DNA of 64,000 bases. Origin: Nitrosopumilales archaeon (lineage in GTDB: Archaea > Thermoproteota > Nitrososphaeria > Nitrososphaerales > Nitrososphaeraceae). How positions within the stretch are numbered: position 1 is the first letter of the stretch; each line of letters starts with the position of its first letter. The notes under the pieces were generated by a model. That model was not told the DNA's origin, made no database searches, and worked only from the letters and a program-made list of their open reading frames with translations. Where the stretch lies: assembly GCA_044507735.1 (NCBI GenBank), contig JBIQJB010000002.1, positions 64,001-128,000 on the forward strand, written 5' to 3'. A program made the translations under genes and the position numbers. Shown one piece after another: positions 28,930 through 39,107 of the stretch.

Positions 28930-29955
28930 ATGGGACTAGACCTCAAGCCGCTTGTCACGGCTTCGCCTCTGAAGCTCCAGGAGCTGGCAGGCAAGACAGT
29001 TGCTGTAGACGCATACAACACCATCTATCAGTTCCTAAGCATCATAAGAGGACCGACGGGAGAGCCACTCACTAACAGCAAGGGTGAAATAACTAGCCAC
29101 TTGAGCGGGCTCTTTTATAGAAATGCCAACTTGTTGATGGAAAACATCATGCCGGTCTATGTTTTCGATGGCAAGGCAAATGAGCTCAAGATGGCCGAGA
29201 TACATAGAAGGAGCCAGCTCAAGAAAGAAGCTACAGAAAAGTACCAGCTTGCGTTGGAGGAGGGCAGAATTGAAGATGCTCGCAAGTATGGGATGCGCAC
29301 TTCTGTCCTTAACGACAAGATGGTTGAAGAATCCAAGAGGCTGCTTTCCATATTGGGTATCCCTCACATCCAAGCGCCATCTGATGGCGAAGCGGCAGCT
29401 GCCTACCTTACAAAGCAGGGCTTGGTCTACGCCGCAGCAAGTCAGGATTATGATTCGATCCTTTTTGGTGCCGCTAGGTTGGTGCGCAATTTGGCTATTA
29501 GTGGGAAGCGCAAGGTGCCAAACCGCAATGTCTACGTCGATATCGAACCTGAAATATTCGAACATGACAAGGTGTTACAAGAGGTCGGACTGACGCATGA
29601 GCAGCTGGTGGATGTAGGAATACTGATTGGAACTGACTTTAATCCTGGCGGATTTCCGGGGATTGGGCCGAAAACGGCCCTCAAACTGATAAAAGAAAAC
29701 GGCAGGCTGGAGAATGTGGAAAAAATCAAAGATCTCCTTCCGCAGGTTCCGTACCAAGAGATCCGCAAGATCTTCCTCAACCCAGAGGTCCCACAAGTTG
29801 ACAAGATAGAGTTTGGGGATGTGAACCGCGAGAAGGTGCTGGATTTTCTATGTGTGGAAAAGAGCTTCTCTGCAGACAGAGTGAGCGGAACGCTGGACAA
29901 ACTGCAAAAGTCAGTGGCAAACAGAAGTCAGTCACTCGAACAGTGGTTTGGCTAG
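28930..29955 (+). CDS. fen: Flap endonuclease 1
   Basis: VDAYNTIYQFL, VFDG, SQDYD and GTDFN motifs; C-terminal PIP box QSLEQWF. Confidence 0.98.
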   Translation: MGLDLKPLVTASPLKLQELAGKTVAVDAYNTIYQFLSIIRGPTGEPLTNSKGEITSHLSGLFYRNANLLMENIMPVYVFDGKANELKMAEIHRRSQLKKEATEKYQLALEEGRIEDARKYGMRTSVLNDKMVEESKRLLSILGIPHIQAPSDGEAAAAYLTKQGLVYAAASQDYDSILFGAARLVRNLAISGKRKVPNRNVYVDIEPEIFEHDKVLQEVGLTHEQLVDVGILIGTDFNPGGFPGIGPKTALKLIKENGRLENVEKIKDLLPQVPYQEIRKIFLNPEVPQVDKIEFGDVNREKVLDFLCVEKSFSADRVSGTLDKLQKSVANRSQSLEQWFG

Positions 29956-30569
29956 TCTGGAGATGGAATCTGCTTTCTTTGTCCTTGGCTACAGAAATCT
30001 GCAACTGGGAAATGTCTTGCGAGTCTTTGGGTTAACTGGCTGAATTAATTTCAAATTTCTCAGGTTTAGCCATATGTCATTTCTCTGCCATTATACCGTC
30101 GCTACTCTTCGGCATTGAATAGAAGCTTGAACGAACCATTGATGATTTTTCTCCTTTATTACACGGCAGGCGGCATTTGAACCCTGTCTTCCGTCATATC
30201 TCTATTTCGTGCTGATTTCGACACCCTGGTGGCAACAGCGACCGTAGTCGCAAAAACATATCCACTAAGGATGTTGCAGCCTACGTTTGGCCCATAGATG
30301 ATAGCAGCTGCTATGAATGCTTTTGCCAAAATAGGCGTCAGCGAGAACCTCAAAGGTAGACATGAACTTCGGTGCAGCCCCTCGTGCTACCGATCTTTGT
30401 TGTTCCAGCCAGACTTGGAACGGGTGGGGATGGGGATAATTCCGATTCATTTGCCATATCATCAACACTGACCGCATCATCCGCCTTTAGGATGCTCCGT
30501 TCACCTCGTTCACCCTTGGCTCAGTCGCATGTTTTTTTGCATACGGTGGTGCTTCACCAAGAAAATCTG

Positions 30570-31001
30570 CTACAGATCGAGAAGGAACCTGACCGTTGCT
30601 TTTCCACTCTCTTGCCTAATCTCCATTTCATGGTAGGTAACGGCCTTTATCTCTACCTTGTAATGGTGTTTGTCGAGATTCAACCTTTCGCCCCTTGCTA
30701 CACCTTCAAGCGAATAGTGGTCTTCGCTGTGTTTGTTGATCTTGACGGAGAATTCGGACATCACAATGCCGTCCGCGACTAGCAAGAGCATGACCTTATC
30801 CAGCCAATCAAAAAGCAGAGAATGGAGGTCATGGCCGGAGGCAGTAATGCTGATTTCCTTGTCAGCCGTTACTGTTTTCAGGTCGATCATTGTGTCGTTG
30901 AGACCTTTGGCAGCATTTTCAAAGGCTTCTTCCAGCGTCTCGCCATATGCCTCAATGACGGCGTCTGTCATGTGATCTAGGTAGCGGAAGCCTCCTACCA
31001 A
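30570..31001 (-). CDS. Archease
   Basis: FRYLDHMTDA and EIKAVTYHEM...FLLDL motifs; TTG start at 31001. Confidence 0.93.
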   Translation of the reverse strand: MVGGFRYLDHMTDAVIEAYGETLEEAFENAAKGLNDTMIDLKTVTADKEISITASGHDLHSLLFDWLDKVMLLLVADGIVMSEFSVKINKHSEDHYSLEGVARGERLNLDKHHYKVEIKAVTYHEMEIRQESGKATVRFLLDL

Positions 31002-31077
31002 TGCCTGCCTTATGTAGCAGACTGTTATTATACGTTCATCGCAAAATCTAAATGCTAACGCACTGCTGGCTACAGAT

Positions 31078-32361
31078 GTGGTCAAGCTAGAGCTTCCGCG
31101 TGGCATGAGGGATCTTGAAGCGGACGAGTTTGCTAACATTGGCTATGTCCGGGACAAGTTTCTTGAAACTGCCAGGCTGTTCAACTTCAAGATGACAGAG
31201 CCTTCGCCGCTTGAAATGCTTGCTACGCTTGAGGCAAAGGGAGGTGCAGCGATTTCAAATGAAATTTATTCGTTCAAGGACAAAGGCGGAAGAGATGTTG
31301 CACTCAGGTTTGATCTAACGATAGGCCTGACCCGTCATGTTGCTGCAAGGCGCGACTTGAAGATGCCCGCCAAGCTGGCGACGATTGCCGGTGTGTGGAG
31401 GTATGACGAACCACAGGCCGGACGCTACCGCTATTTCCACCAATGGGATATCGAAGTATACGGGCCATTCAACCAAGAGTCCGACGCTGAAGTTATCGAG
31501 TTTGTAGCCACATTCTTCAGAAAGCTTGGACTGAACGTTACCATAGAGGTAAACGACAGACAGGTTATAGAGCAGTTCATCAAGGTGAAACTTGGAGTCA
31601 CGGAAGAAGAAAAGATGATGGAGATGTTCCGAGCTGTCGATAAGGTGCCCAAGAAGGGGCCTGAAGGAGTGCTCGCAGAGTACAAGGATAGAATAGACCC
31701 TTCCATTCTCACGGCGTTGATAGAACTTTCAAAAGTTGAAGGTACAGTTGAAGAAGTCGAGGCCAAGACCAACTTGAAAGAACTCGACAGCTGGCAGAGG
31801 TTCGCCGGCCTGATGGATTCGCTCAGATCAAGAAAAGTGAGTGAAGCTCGGGTCAATCTTGGAATCGTACGCGGGCTCGACTATTATTCGGGTGTAGTCT
31901 TTGAAGCATTCGATCCCTCGTTTGAATCGGGTGCGCTTGTAGGCGGCGGAAGGTACGACAGATTGACAGACGCATTTGGAAGAAAAGACATCGGAGCAAC
32001 GGGCGCTGCAGGGGGAATAGAGCGGATTGTGATGGCGCTCCAAAGGCACGGAATCATGAATCAACCCCAGAAGGAACTTGTTTTCGTTGCCAATGCCTCC
32101 ACTGAAGTCCGAAGCCAAGCTATAGAAATCGTTTCAATCTTGCGCTCATCAGGAATTGCTACTGACTATGACATCCTTGGGAGGGCACTTAGGAAGCAGC
32201 TGGATGATGCATCCACAAAAGGTGCCGCCATTGTGGTAATTGTTGCACCAAACGAGGCCGCTACGGGCAACTTAATCATTAGATCCATGAAGGACGGAAC
32301 AGAGAACACTGTGCCCGTCAAGGATGCTGCAAAATATATTCATGAAATGCTTAGAGCCTGA
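31078..32361 (+). CDS. hisS: Histidyl-tRNA synthetase
   Basis: PRGMRD, LRFDLT, RYDEPQAGRYR, RGLDYY and GGGRYD motifs. Confidence 0.98.
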   Translation: MVKLELPRGMRDLEADEFANIGYVRDKFLETARLFNFKMTEPSPLEMLATLEAKGGAAISNEIYSFKDKGGRDVALRFDLTIGLTRHVAARRDLKMPAKLATIAGVWRYDEPQAGRYRYFHQWDIEVYGPFNQESDAEVIEFVATFFRKLGLNVTIEVNDRQVIEQFIKVKLGVTEEEKMMEMFRAVDKVPKKGPEGVLAEYKDRIDPSILTALIELSKVEGTVEEVEAKTNLKELDSWQRFAGLMDSLRSRKVSEARVNLGIVRGLDYYSGVVFEAFDPSFESGALVGGGRYDRLTDAFGRKDIGATGAAGGIERIVMALQRHGIMNQPQKELVFVANASTEVRSQAIEIVSILRSSGIATDYDILGRALRKQLDDASTKGAAIVVIVAPNEAATGNLIIRSMKDGTENTVPVKDAAKYIHEMLRA

Positions 32362-32626
32362 TCATTGCAGCGCTCTTCATCTTGACCATGCCACTTGGTT
32401 TCTTTTCATACACGATCCTGACAACAAGATCGGGTGGATCATAACTGATATACAGATCGCCGTTGTTTAGGAGCTGCATGTCGTAATTGATCTCGATTCT
32501 GTCGGAAGCAATACCATTTTCCGCAAGCCGCTGTTTTGCTCTTTCAACAAGGTCCTGATCTGAAGTGTTAGGCGCGAGAAAAATCCTCGAGGCGGCGCCT
32601 GCCTGCTCTGAAAGGTCGACGACCAT
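32351..32626 (-). CDS. Hypothetical protein
   Basis: 91-aa ORF. Confidence 0.6.
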   Translation of the reverse strand: MVVDLSEQAGAASRIFLAPNTSDQDLVERAKQRLAENGIASDRIEINYDMQLLNNGDLYISYDPPDLVVRIVYEKKPSGMVKMKSAAMIRL

Positions 32627-32653
32627 TGATAGTGCGGAAATGCCAAACGGCTA

Positions 32654-33022
32654 TTAACCTTTGTGTGGCTCTCGCGAGCCAACGACCCTGAACTTGTATT
32701 GGTCTCCAAAGTTGTCTCGATACATTCTGGCGTAGCTCTCTGCTGCTTCGTGAGTAGCAAAAGTCTGCCTCACGCCGTCTATTGACACAACCTGACCATA
32801 AACATTGACTATCTCGATAGTGTATGATCTAGGAAGTTTCTTGGCCTGCCTTAGCAGGAAGAAGACAGATATCGCAAAAAAGAGGGCTGCTGCCAAGAAT
32901 ATTATTGCAAATTCAAACCCTCTTGTAAACGCCAGAAAGGGACCTACAAGATTTTGGTTCAACCAAGAATAGGTAAGTCCAAATGACTGGTTGAATATCG
33001 CCAAAATACTTTCTAGCAACAT
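32654..33022 (-). CDS. Hypothetical membrane protein
   Basis: TM helix plus a small soluble domain. Confidence 0.6.
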   Translation of the reverse strand: MLLESILAIFNQSFGLTYSWLNQNLVGPFLAFTRGFEFAIIFLAAALFFAISVFFLLRQAKKLPRSYTIEIVNVYGQVVSIDGVRQTFATHEAAESYARMYRDNFGDQYKFRVVGSREPHKG

Positions 33023-33228
33023 TTACACTCATTCCCGGCTCACAACTAAGATAAGTCTTTTGGTATCCTGTTTCATAGGTATTTTTCAGCCTATGTTATC
33101 ATCATGATTGCTGTGTAGAATCAACTTTCAACATTAAGAAAATTAAGATACAATCACTTGAAATGTTGTATGAAAGATATTTATGAGAATGAATAGCCCT
33201 CCTGAGGGGAATATAGGGGTGCAAAGGG

Positions 33229-34941
33229 TTGACGGAGACGATCTCGCATGATGTTTTGATCGTAGGTTCAGGCTTAGCAGGACTTCGCGCAGCGATTTCT
33301 GCGGCTTCAACCGACAGGAAGTTGAGCATAGCAGTTATTTCCAAGGTGCAAGTTATGCGCTCCCATTCCGTTTCTGCAGAAGGCGGCACTGCTGCTGTCC
33401 TATACGAAGAGGAGGGAGACAATCAAGAATCTCACATTTATGATACGATAAAGGGGAGTGACTTTCTAGCAGACCAGGATGTTGCCGAGCGCCTTGTACA
33501 GAGCATGCCGTACGAGATTTATCAGCTTGACCACTGGGGGATGCCATGGTCAAGGCGGAAGGACGGAAGAATAGCTCAACGCAAGTTCGGCGGATATTCA
33601 TTCCCACGCGCAACCTTTGCACAGGACAAGGTGGGCTTTTATGAAATGCAGACTCTCTACGACACATGCCAGAAGTACGACAACATCCACTTTTACAACG
33701 AGTGGTTCTGCACCTCGATACTCAGCGAAAATAATACCTTCCAAGGCCTAACCGCAATCGAACTCAAATCAGGCAACTTTACGATATTCCGAGCTCCGGC
33801 AGGCATTATCTGCACAGGAGGGGCTGGCAGGATCTATAGCTTCTCCACCTACGCGTATTCGTCTACTCCTGACGGTCTGGACATGGCGTTTAGGGCAGGG
33901 CTTGCGCTAAAGGACATGGAGTTTGTCCAATTCCACCCTACGGGCATACTTCCGTCTGGCATACTCATCACCGAAGGGGCCAGAGGGGAGGGTGGATACC
34001 TCATAAACAATAAGGGCGAGCGCTTTATGCAAAAGTATGCTCCCGGCAAGCTTGAGCTTGCTCCGCGTGATGTCGTGTCTCGTTCAATGATAAGAGAGAT
34101 CCAGGAGGGAAGAGGATTCAAGCACGAAACAGGAGCTGACTGCATGAAGCTTGACTTGACTCATTTGGGTGCCGAGCGCATAAAGGAAGTGCTTGCAGGA
34201 ATCCGTGAAATAGGGATCAAGTTTTCCGGAATTGACATTATTGACGAGCCCATAGAAGTTAGGCCCGTATGCCACTACATGATGGGTGGAATACATACCA
34301 ACATCGATGGCGCGACCGAGATGGCTGGCCTATGGGCCGCTGGTGAAGCAGCATGCAACAGTACTCATGGTGCAAACAGACTCGGTGCCAACTCGACTTC
34401 GGAGTGTATCGTGTGGGGAAGGATTACCGGGGAAATGGCGGCAAAGTATGCGCAAGGGCGCAGGGTAGATGCCATTTCAGAACAACAGGTGATTCAGGAA
34501 GAAAAGCGCATTTACGACGGGCTGTTTAGAGGGAGAGGCGATGTCAACCCATACGAAGTGCGAAAGCAGCTTACAGACGTTATGGACGACAAGGCATATG
34601 TCTTTCGAAACGAGCAAGGGTTGACTGAAGCGCTGAAAAGGACCAGAGAGCTAAAGGCATCGATGTGGAAACACGTCGACGACAAGGCCAAAGAATACAA
34701 TACCAATTTCATTAATGTGATGGAAATAGATTCGATGCTTAGGGTCGCCGAAGTAGTCCTAGTAGGTGCGCTCAACCGACGGGAGTCAAGAGGCGCTCAT
34801 TCAAGAACGGACTATCCATATCGCGACGACAACAACTTTTTGAAGCACACTCTGGCCTATTTTTCAGGCGATGGTGGACCCAAGATGGATTGGCATCCGG
34901 TGACATTTACGCGCTATGCACCCGTGGAGAGGAAGTATTGA
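33229..34941 (+). CDS. sdhA: Succinate dehydrogenase flavoprotein subunit
   Basis: GSGLAG, RSHSVSAEGG (FAD-binding His), QFHPTG, HGANRLG and ESRGAH motifs. Confidence 0.97.
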   Translation: MTETISHDVLIVGSGLAGLRAAISAASTDRKLSIAVISKVQVMRSHSVSAEGGTAAVLYEEEGDNQESHIYDTIKGSDFLADQDVAERLVQSMPYEIYQLDHWGMPWSRRKDGRIAQRKFGGYSFPRATFAQDKVGFYEMQTLYDTCQKYDNIHFYNEWFCTSILSENNTFQGLTAIELKSGNFTIFRAPAGIICTGGAGRIYSFSTYAYSSTPDGLDMAFRAGLALKDMEFVQFHPTGILPSGILITEGARGEGGYLINNKGERFMQKYAPGKLELAPRDVVSRSMIREIQEGRGFKHETGADCMKLDLTHLGAERIKEVLAGIREIGIKFSGIDIIDEPIEVRPVCHYMMGGIHTNIDGATEMAGLWAAGEAACNSTHGANRLGANSTSECIVWGRITGEMAAKYAQGRRVDAISEQQVIQEEKRIYDGLFRGRGDVNPYEVRKQLTDVMDDKAYVFRNEQGLTEALKRTRELKASMWKHVDDKAKEYNTNFINVMEIDSMLRVAEVVLVGALNRRESRGAHSRTDYPYRDDNNFLKHTLAYFSGDGGPKMDWHPVTFTRYAPVERKY

Positions 34942-35396
34942 TGGAAAGGAGCATGGATCGCAACAATCGTGAAGGATTGAAAGGTTGGCTAAACCCCGGT
35001 CGCTATGGCTGGGAGCGCGTGTCGTACTGGCTGCAGAGGCTAACCGGAGTCGGTCTGCTAGCCTATTTCGTGGGTCACGTTTACGAGACAAGCTCGCTTA
35101 CACAAGGTCCGGATGCATGGGCCGCCATGTTGGAGCTCACGCAGACCCCCATGGGGCACCTCATTCTGCTGCTTGTGATAGGTATGAGCACTTTTCACTC
35201 TGCAAACGGCATACGGCTGATATTCACTCATGGAGGCAGGGGGCTTGGTAAGCCTGGAAGACCTGACTACCCGTATGACGCAGTATCGCTCAACTACAGA
35301 CAAAAGTCCGGCATATGGATAGCGTTGATATTAGCAGCATTCGCAATGCTTTATGGTGCGTCAGTGCTGTTCGGTCCAGCAGGAGGAGGTCATTGA
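34941..35396 (+). CDS. sdhC: Succinate dehydrogenase membrane anchor subunit C
   Basis: LQRLTGV and FHSANGIR motifs; ATG overlaps the sdhA stop. Confidence 0.9.
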   Translation: MERSMDRNNREGLKGWLNPGRYGWERVSYWLQRLTGVGLLAYFVGHVYETSSLTQGPDAWAAMLELTQTPMGHLILLLVIGMSTFHSANGIRLIFTHGGRGLGKPGRPDYPYDAVSLNYRQKSGIWIALILAAFAMLYGASVLFGPAGGGH

Positions 35397-35401
35397 CAGA
35401 A

Positions 35402-35755
35402 ATGATGATGCGAGAAAGCCAGGTAATGAAGATACACTACATTACAGCGATAGGTGCGCTGTTTGTGGTGGCAGTGCACATCATGATGCGGTTGATCATG
35501 CCGTATAACCTAAGTCTTGAATATGAGAACGTTATTGCAAACTATCACAATATTCCTTACGTACTCTTGCTAGAATCGATATTGGTGCTCATAGCCATCC
35601 ATGGGTTCAACGGATTGCGCGTGATACTGCTTGAACTGCGCCAGAGCAAGGCATGGGAGGACGGAGTGACAATACTGACGATAGCGGCGATGATGGCCGT
35701 GATAGCATACGGAACACGCACTATCATCGTCGCAAACGGGTTGGGGTTTGAGTAA
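35402..35755 (+). CDS. sdhD: Succinate dehydrogenase membrane anchor subunit D
   Basis: Three TM helices, IHGFNGLR motif; operon position. Confidence 0.88.
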   Translation: MMMRESQVMKIHYITAIGALFVVAVHIMMRLIMPYNLSLEYENVIANYHNIPYVLLLESILVLIAIHGFNGLRVILLELRQSKAWEDGVTILTIAAMMAVIAYGTRTIIVANGLGFE

Positions 35756-35760
35756 AAAAT

Positions 35761-36600
35761 ATGACTGAACAACCGATAATTGACAAAATAGAAAAGATCG
35801 AGAAAAAACACGAAAAGAAAGAGAAGGAAATAATCAGGAGCTCGGTAGTGCTCAAGATATACAGGGCAAACCGGCTTGCAGGAGAATCGCCGCACTATGA
35901 TAGCGTGGAAGTGCCTGTGCAGCGCTCGACTACAGTACTTGATGCTCTTCTGTACGCAAAGGCATACAAGGACGCAAGCATCGGGATAAGGTATTCTTGC
36001 AGGATGGCATCCTGTGGGTCGTGTGGCATGAAGATAAACGGCATTCCCAGACTCGCATGTTATACCAAAGTATCAGAGCTCGAGGGTTCTACGATTACCG
36101 TAGAACCGCTTGCCAACTTTCCACACATCCGGGACCTTGTGACCGACTTCACACAGTTCTTCAGACACCATCATGACGTGAAGCCATACATACAGAACGA
36201 ACACGCGGACATTGTTGACAGAACAAAGCTGTCCGAGTTCATTCAAAGTCCGGAAGAGCTTGACAAGTTCTTGCAATTTTCATATTGCATAAAATGCGGC
36301 CTCTGCTACTCTGCCTGTCCGACCGCAGCAACTGATACAAAGTTCCCCGGACCGCAAGCACTTGCGCAGGCATACCGTTACTTTATCGACAACCGCGACA
36401 CGGCAGGCAAAGACAGGATGAATCTGGTTGACGACAGGCATGGAATATGGCGCTGCCATTTTGCCGGCTCGTGCAGTTCTGTCTGCCCTAAAGGCGTAGA
36501 CCCTGCACTCGGAATCCAGCTGTTGAGAGGCCATCTGCTGGGCTTTTCAAAGAATGAGAAGAAAGTAGCTGACCTGCAGGAAAGGCTGAAAAAGGACTAG
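35761..36600 (+). CDS. sdhB: Succinate dehydrogenase iron-sulfur subunit
   Basis: SCRMASCGSC, CIKCGLCYSACP and CHFAGSCSSVCP cluster motifs. Confidence 0.97.
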   Translation: MTEQPIIDKIEKIEKKHEKKEKEIIRSSVVLKIYRANRLAGESPHYDSVEVPVQRSTTVLDALLYAKAYKDASIGIRYSCRMASCGSCGMKINGIPRLACYTKVSELEGSTITVEPLANFPHIRDLVTDFTQFFRHHHDVKPYIQNEHADIVDRTKLSEFIQSPEELDKFLQFSYCIKCGLCYSACPTAATDTKFPGPQALAQAYRYFIDNRDTAGKDRMNLVDDRHGIWRCHFAGSCSSVCPKGVDPALGIQLLRGHLLGFSKNEKKVADLQERLKKD

Positions 36601-36601
36601 G

Positions 36602-36946
36602 CTAGGCAGGGGGCTTGCTCTCTGCCTTGGCGGGGTACTTGCTTTCGTTCACCTGCTTGTTTATTGCATCCGCCATAAAGTGGTTGCTGACGTTCACCTT
36701 TACTTCGTTGATGCCAGACAGCTTGTAAATGTTGTCGCGGACGTCTTGGGCGATCTTGAAGCCAAAGACTGCTGGGCAGAATGGACTTGTCAGGTGCAGG
36801 TCTACGTTCACCTTGCCAGAGTCAATGTCGACCTTGTCCACCAGCTCGAGTTCCATTATGGAAACTCCTATTTCTGGATCCACTATCTTGGTCAACTCAT
36901 CAAAGATCTTTCTGCGAGTCTGCTGCAATTGTTCGTCCTGACTCAT
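36602..36946 (-). CDS. DUF59/SufT (MIP18) Fe-S cluster assembly protein
   Basis: VDPEIGVSIMELELV and LTSPFCP motifs. Confidence 0.9.
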   Translation of the reverse strand: MSQDEQLQQTRRKIFDELTKIVDPEIGVSIMELELVDKVDIDSGKVNVDLHLTSPFCPAVFGFKIAQDVRDNIYKLSGINEVKVNVSNHFMADAINKQVNESKYPAKAESKPPA

Positions 36947-37487
36947 ATGAACTACAGTAGAAATTCAGCGTATACCATATTTAACTATTGCAGAAATGCT
37001 CCGACGCGTGCTTCTCCAATTGATCTAGCTCCCTGATCAGATGAATCATTCCCTTCGAGCAAAAGGATTTGTGGCATATTTGTGTCCGTCTACTAGGGTA
37101 ACTGCTACGGTTTCTCTCAGCGTTCGTCCGCATTCCCTAGAAGGCAACTCTTCCAAATCTTGGGTAACAATGCCTTGCCATCTCTTAGGAGGAGCAGAGC
37201 GATTATCTTGCAGATGATCTGCTGGTATTGCCGCTCTCCTGTGAACACAAGCGGAGTAACTGTATGACCTGCGTATGCCCATTATGGTGCATTGTGATGC
37301 GCTGGAGGGATTTCTATTAACCTACTCGCTGCGAATACATCGATTGCATGCAAATCTTCCACACAGACCTGTCGGCTGGGCGATGTAACATTGGGCTAGC
37401 TGGTCTCCGTTGGTGGAATATTGGCGCGAGCTGCCTTCCCCTTGGTGTAGAATGTTAAAATAAAGCGCCCACGGTGCACATTTCTGC

Positions 37488-38969
37488 ATGTACCGCTCCC
37501 GGCCAAAAGACAAGCTGGATGACAGCGTACTCAGCTTCCTGTCATCTATTCAGCACGACCAGTCCATACTTTACTATGATATCGTTGGGAGCGAGGCGCA
37601 CTCGATAATGCTCCACGAAATGGGAAACATCACTTTGGATGAGCTGAAAAGGATTCTGTCCGCCCTTGAGGAAGCAAGAAAGTACCCTGCAAAGATCGAC
37701 ACTGAAGGCTATGAAGACATTCATGAGGCTCTTGAGGCATTTGTTATCAAGACTGCCGGGATGGACGCAGGCGGCAAGATGCATACCGCCCGGTCCAGGA
37801 ATGACCAAGTGGTCCTTGATGTCAGAATGAAAATACGCGACGACATCAACGACATTTGTGCGGCACTAATCAGTCTCATCGAAGCTCTTGTTGAACGGGC
37901 CAAAGAGACCAAGCAGGTTCCGATGCCGATGTACACTCACTTGCAACAGGCCCAGATAGGAACATTTTCGCACTTTATGCTGTCATATGCCTATGCCCTC
38001 ATGCGCGACATGGAGCGCCTCTATATTGCGTATCAGCGCATTAACCAGTCGCCGCTTGGTGCCTGCGCCATCGGAGGCTCGAGCATCTCGATCGATAGAA
38101 AGAGGACTGCAGTCCTGTTGGGATTTGACAGCATCGTGAGGAACTCAATAGATGCCACCAGCTCCAGAGATTCGTTTCTTGAATATGCGTCAACACTTGC
38201 GATACTGACCAGCAACCTTGGGAGGATTGCTGAAGACTTTATAATTTGGTCGACCACTGAGTTTGGGTACATCGAGCTTGCAGACCGCTACAGCTCTACG
38301 TCAAGCGCGATGCCGCAGAAGAAGAATCCCGATCCTCTGGAACTTACAAGGGCCAAGGCAGCGATTGTTACAAGCAATCTGGTAACTCTGCATGGCATCG
38401 TGAAGGCTCTGCCGTCCGGATACAGCCGCGATTTACAGGATTTCAAGCCACCACTGCTGAACTCATCTGCAGTCACTCTTGCTACTATAATGATAGTGGA
38501 CGGCGTTGTCCGGTCGCTTAAGGTTAACAAAGAAAAAATGCAGCAGGCTGCCAGCACGAGCTATGCCATTGCTCTGGATATAGCTGAACAGCTGGTGACA
38601 AAGCACAAGATGCCATTCCGAAGCGCGCACAAATTGGTCGGCGCGCTCGTCGACAGGGCTGCAAATAATGACAGGAATACTTCGCTTGCAGATCTCCAAC
38701 TTTCAGAAGTCGCAGCAGTTATCAATGCACTGGAAGCAAAAATCAAGCCTGACGAGCTGTTAAACATAGTCCGGGAAATGACGCCAGAAAAATCTCTGGC
38801 GGCCCGCAAGTCCACAGGCTCCCCAAACCTCCAAGAGCAGGAGGAGATGATAAATTCCCTGAGCCAGGGAATCTCAAACTATCGGGTCGGCATAGCAAAG
38901 CGCTCAAAGATGGTCAGGGGTGCATTTGACAGTCTGGAAAAAACTGTCAAGAAGTACTTGCAATCGTGA
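37488..38969 (+). CDS. argH: Argininosuccinate lyase
   Basis: EDIHE, HTARSRNDQ, YTHLQQAQ and SSAMPQKKNPD motifs. Confidence 0.97.
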   Translation: MYRSRPKDKLDDSVLSFLSSIQHDQSILYYDIVGSEAHSIMLHEMGNITLDELKRILSALEEARKYPAKIDTEGYEDIHEALEAFVIKTAGMDAGGKMHTARSRNDQVVLDVRMKIRDDINDICAALISLIEALVERAKETKQVPMPMYTHLQQAQIGTFSHFMLSYAYALMRDMERLYIAYQRINQSPLGACAIGGSSISIDRKRTAVLLGFDSIVRNSIDATSSRDSFLEYASTLAILTSNLGRIAEDFIIWSTTEFGYIELADRYSSTSSAMPQKKNPDPLELTRAKAAIVTSNLVTLHGIVKALPSGYSRDLQDFKPPLLNSSAVTLATIMIVDGVVRSLKVNKEKMQQAASTSYAIALDIAEQLVTKHKMPFRSAHKLVGALVDRAANNDRNTSLADLQLSEVAAVINALEAKIKPDELLNIVREMTPEKSLAARKSTGSPNLQEQEEMINSLSQGISNYRVGIAKRSKMVRGAFDSLEKTVKKYLQS

Positions 38970-39107
38970 CTGTTATCGCACTTTGCTAATCGATAGTATC
39001 GAAATTCGTTTCCCTTAGCCTATTTGTTTGCGCTTATAGCGAAAATAAGCGCCTAGAATCGCTATTTATGTTGCGAGAAGGTTTATATCATATCCGAAAG
39101 TAGTTAA

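Noticed and set aside
29956-30569. Short ORFs between fen and archease
   Set aside because: Fragmented frames with no identifiable family; possibly a gene remnant
37046-37480. ORFs upstream of argH
   Set aside because: Short, without motifs; no argG or second lysW recognisable
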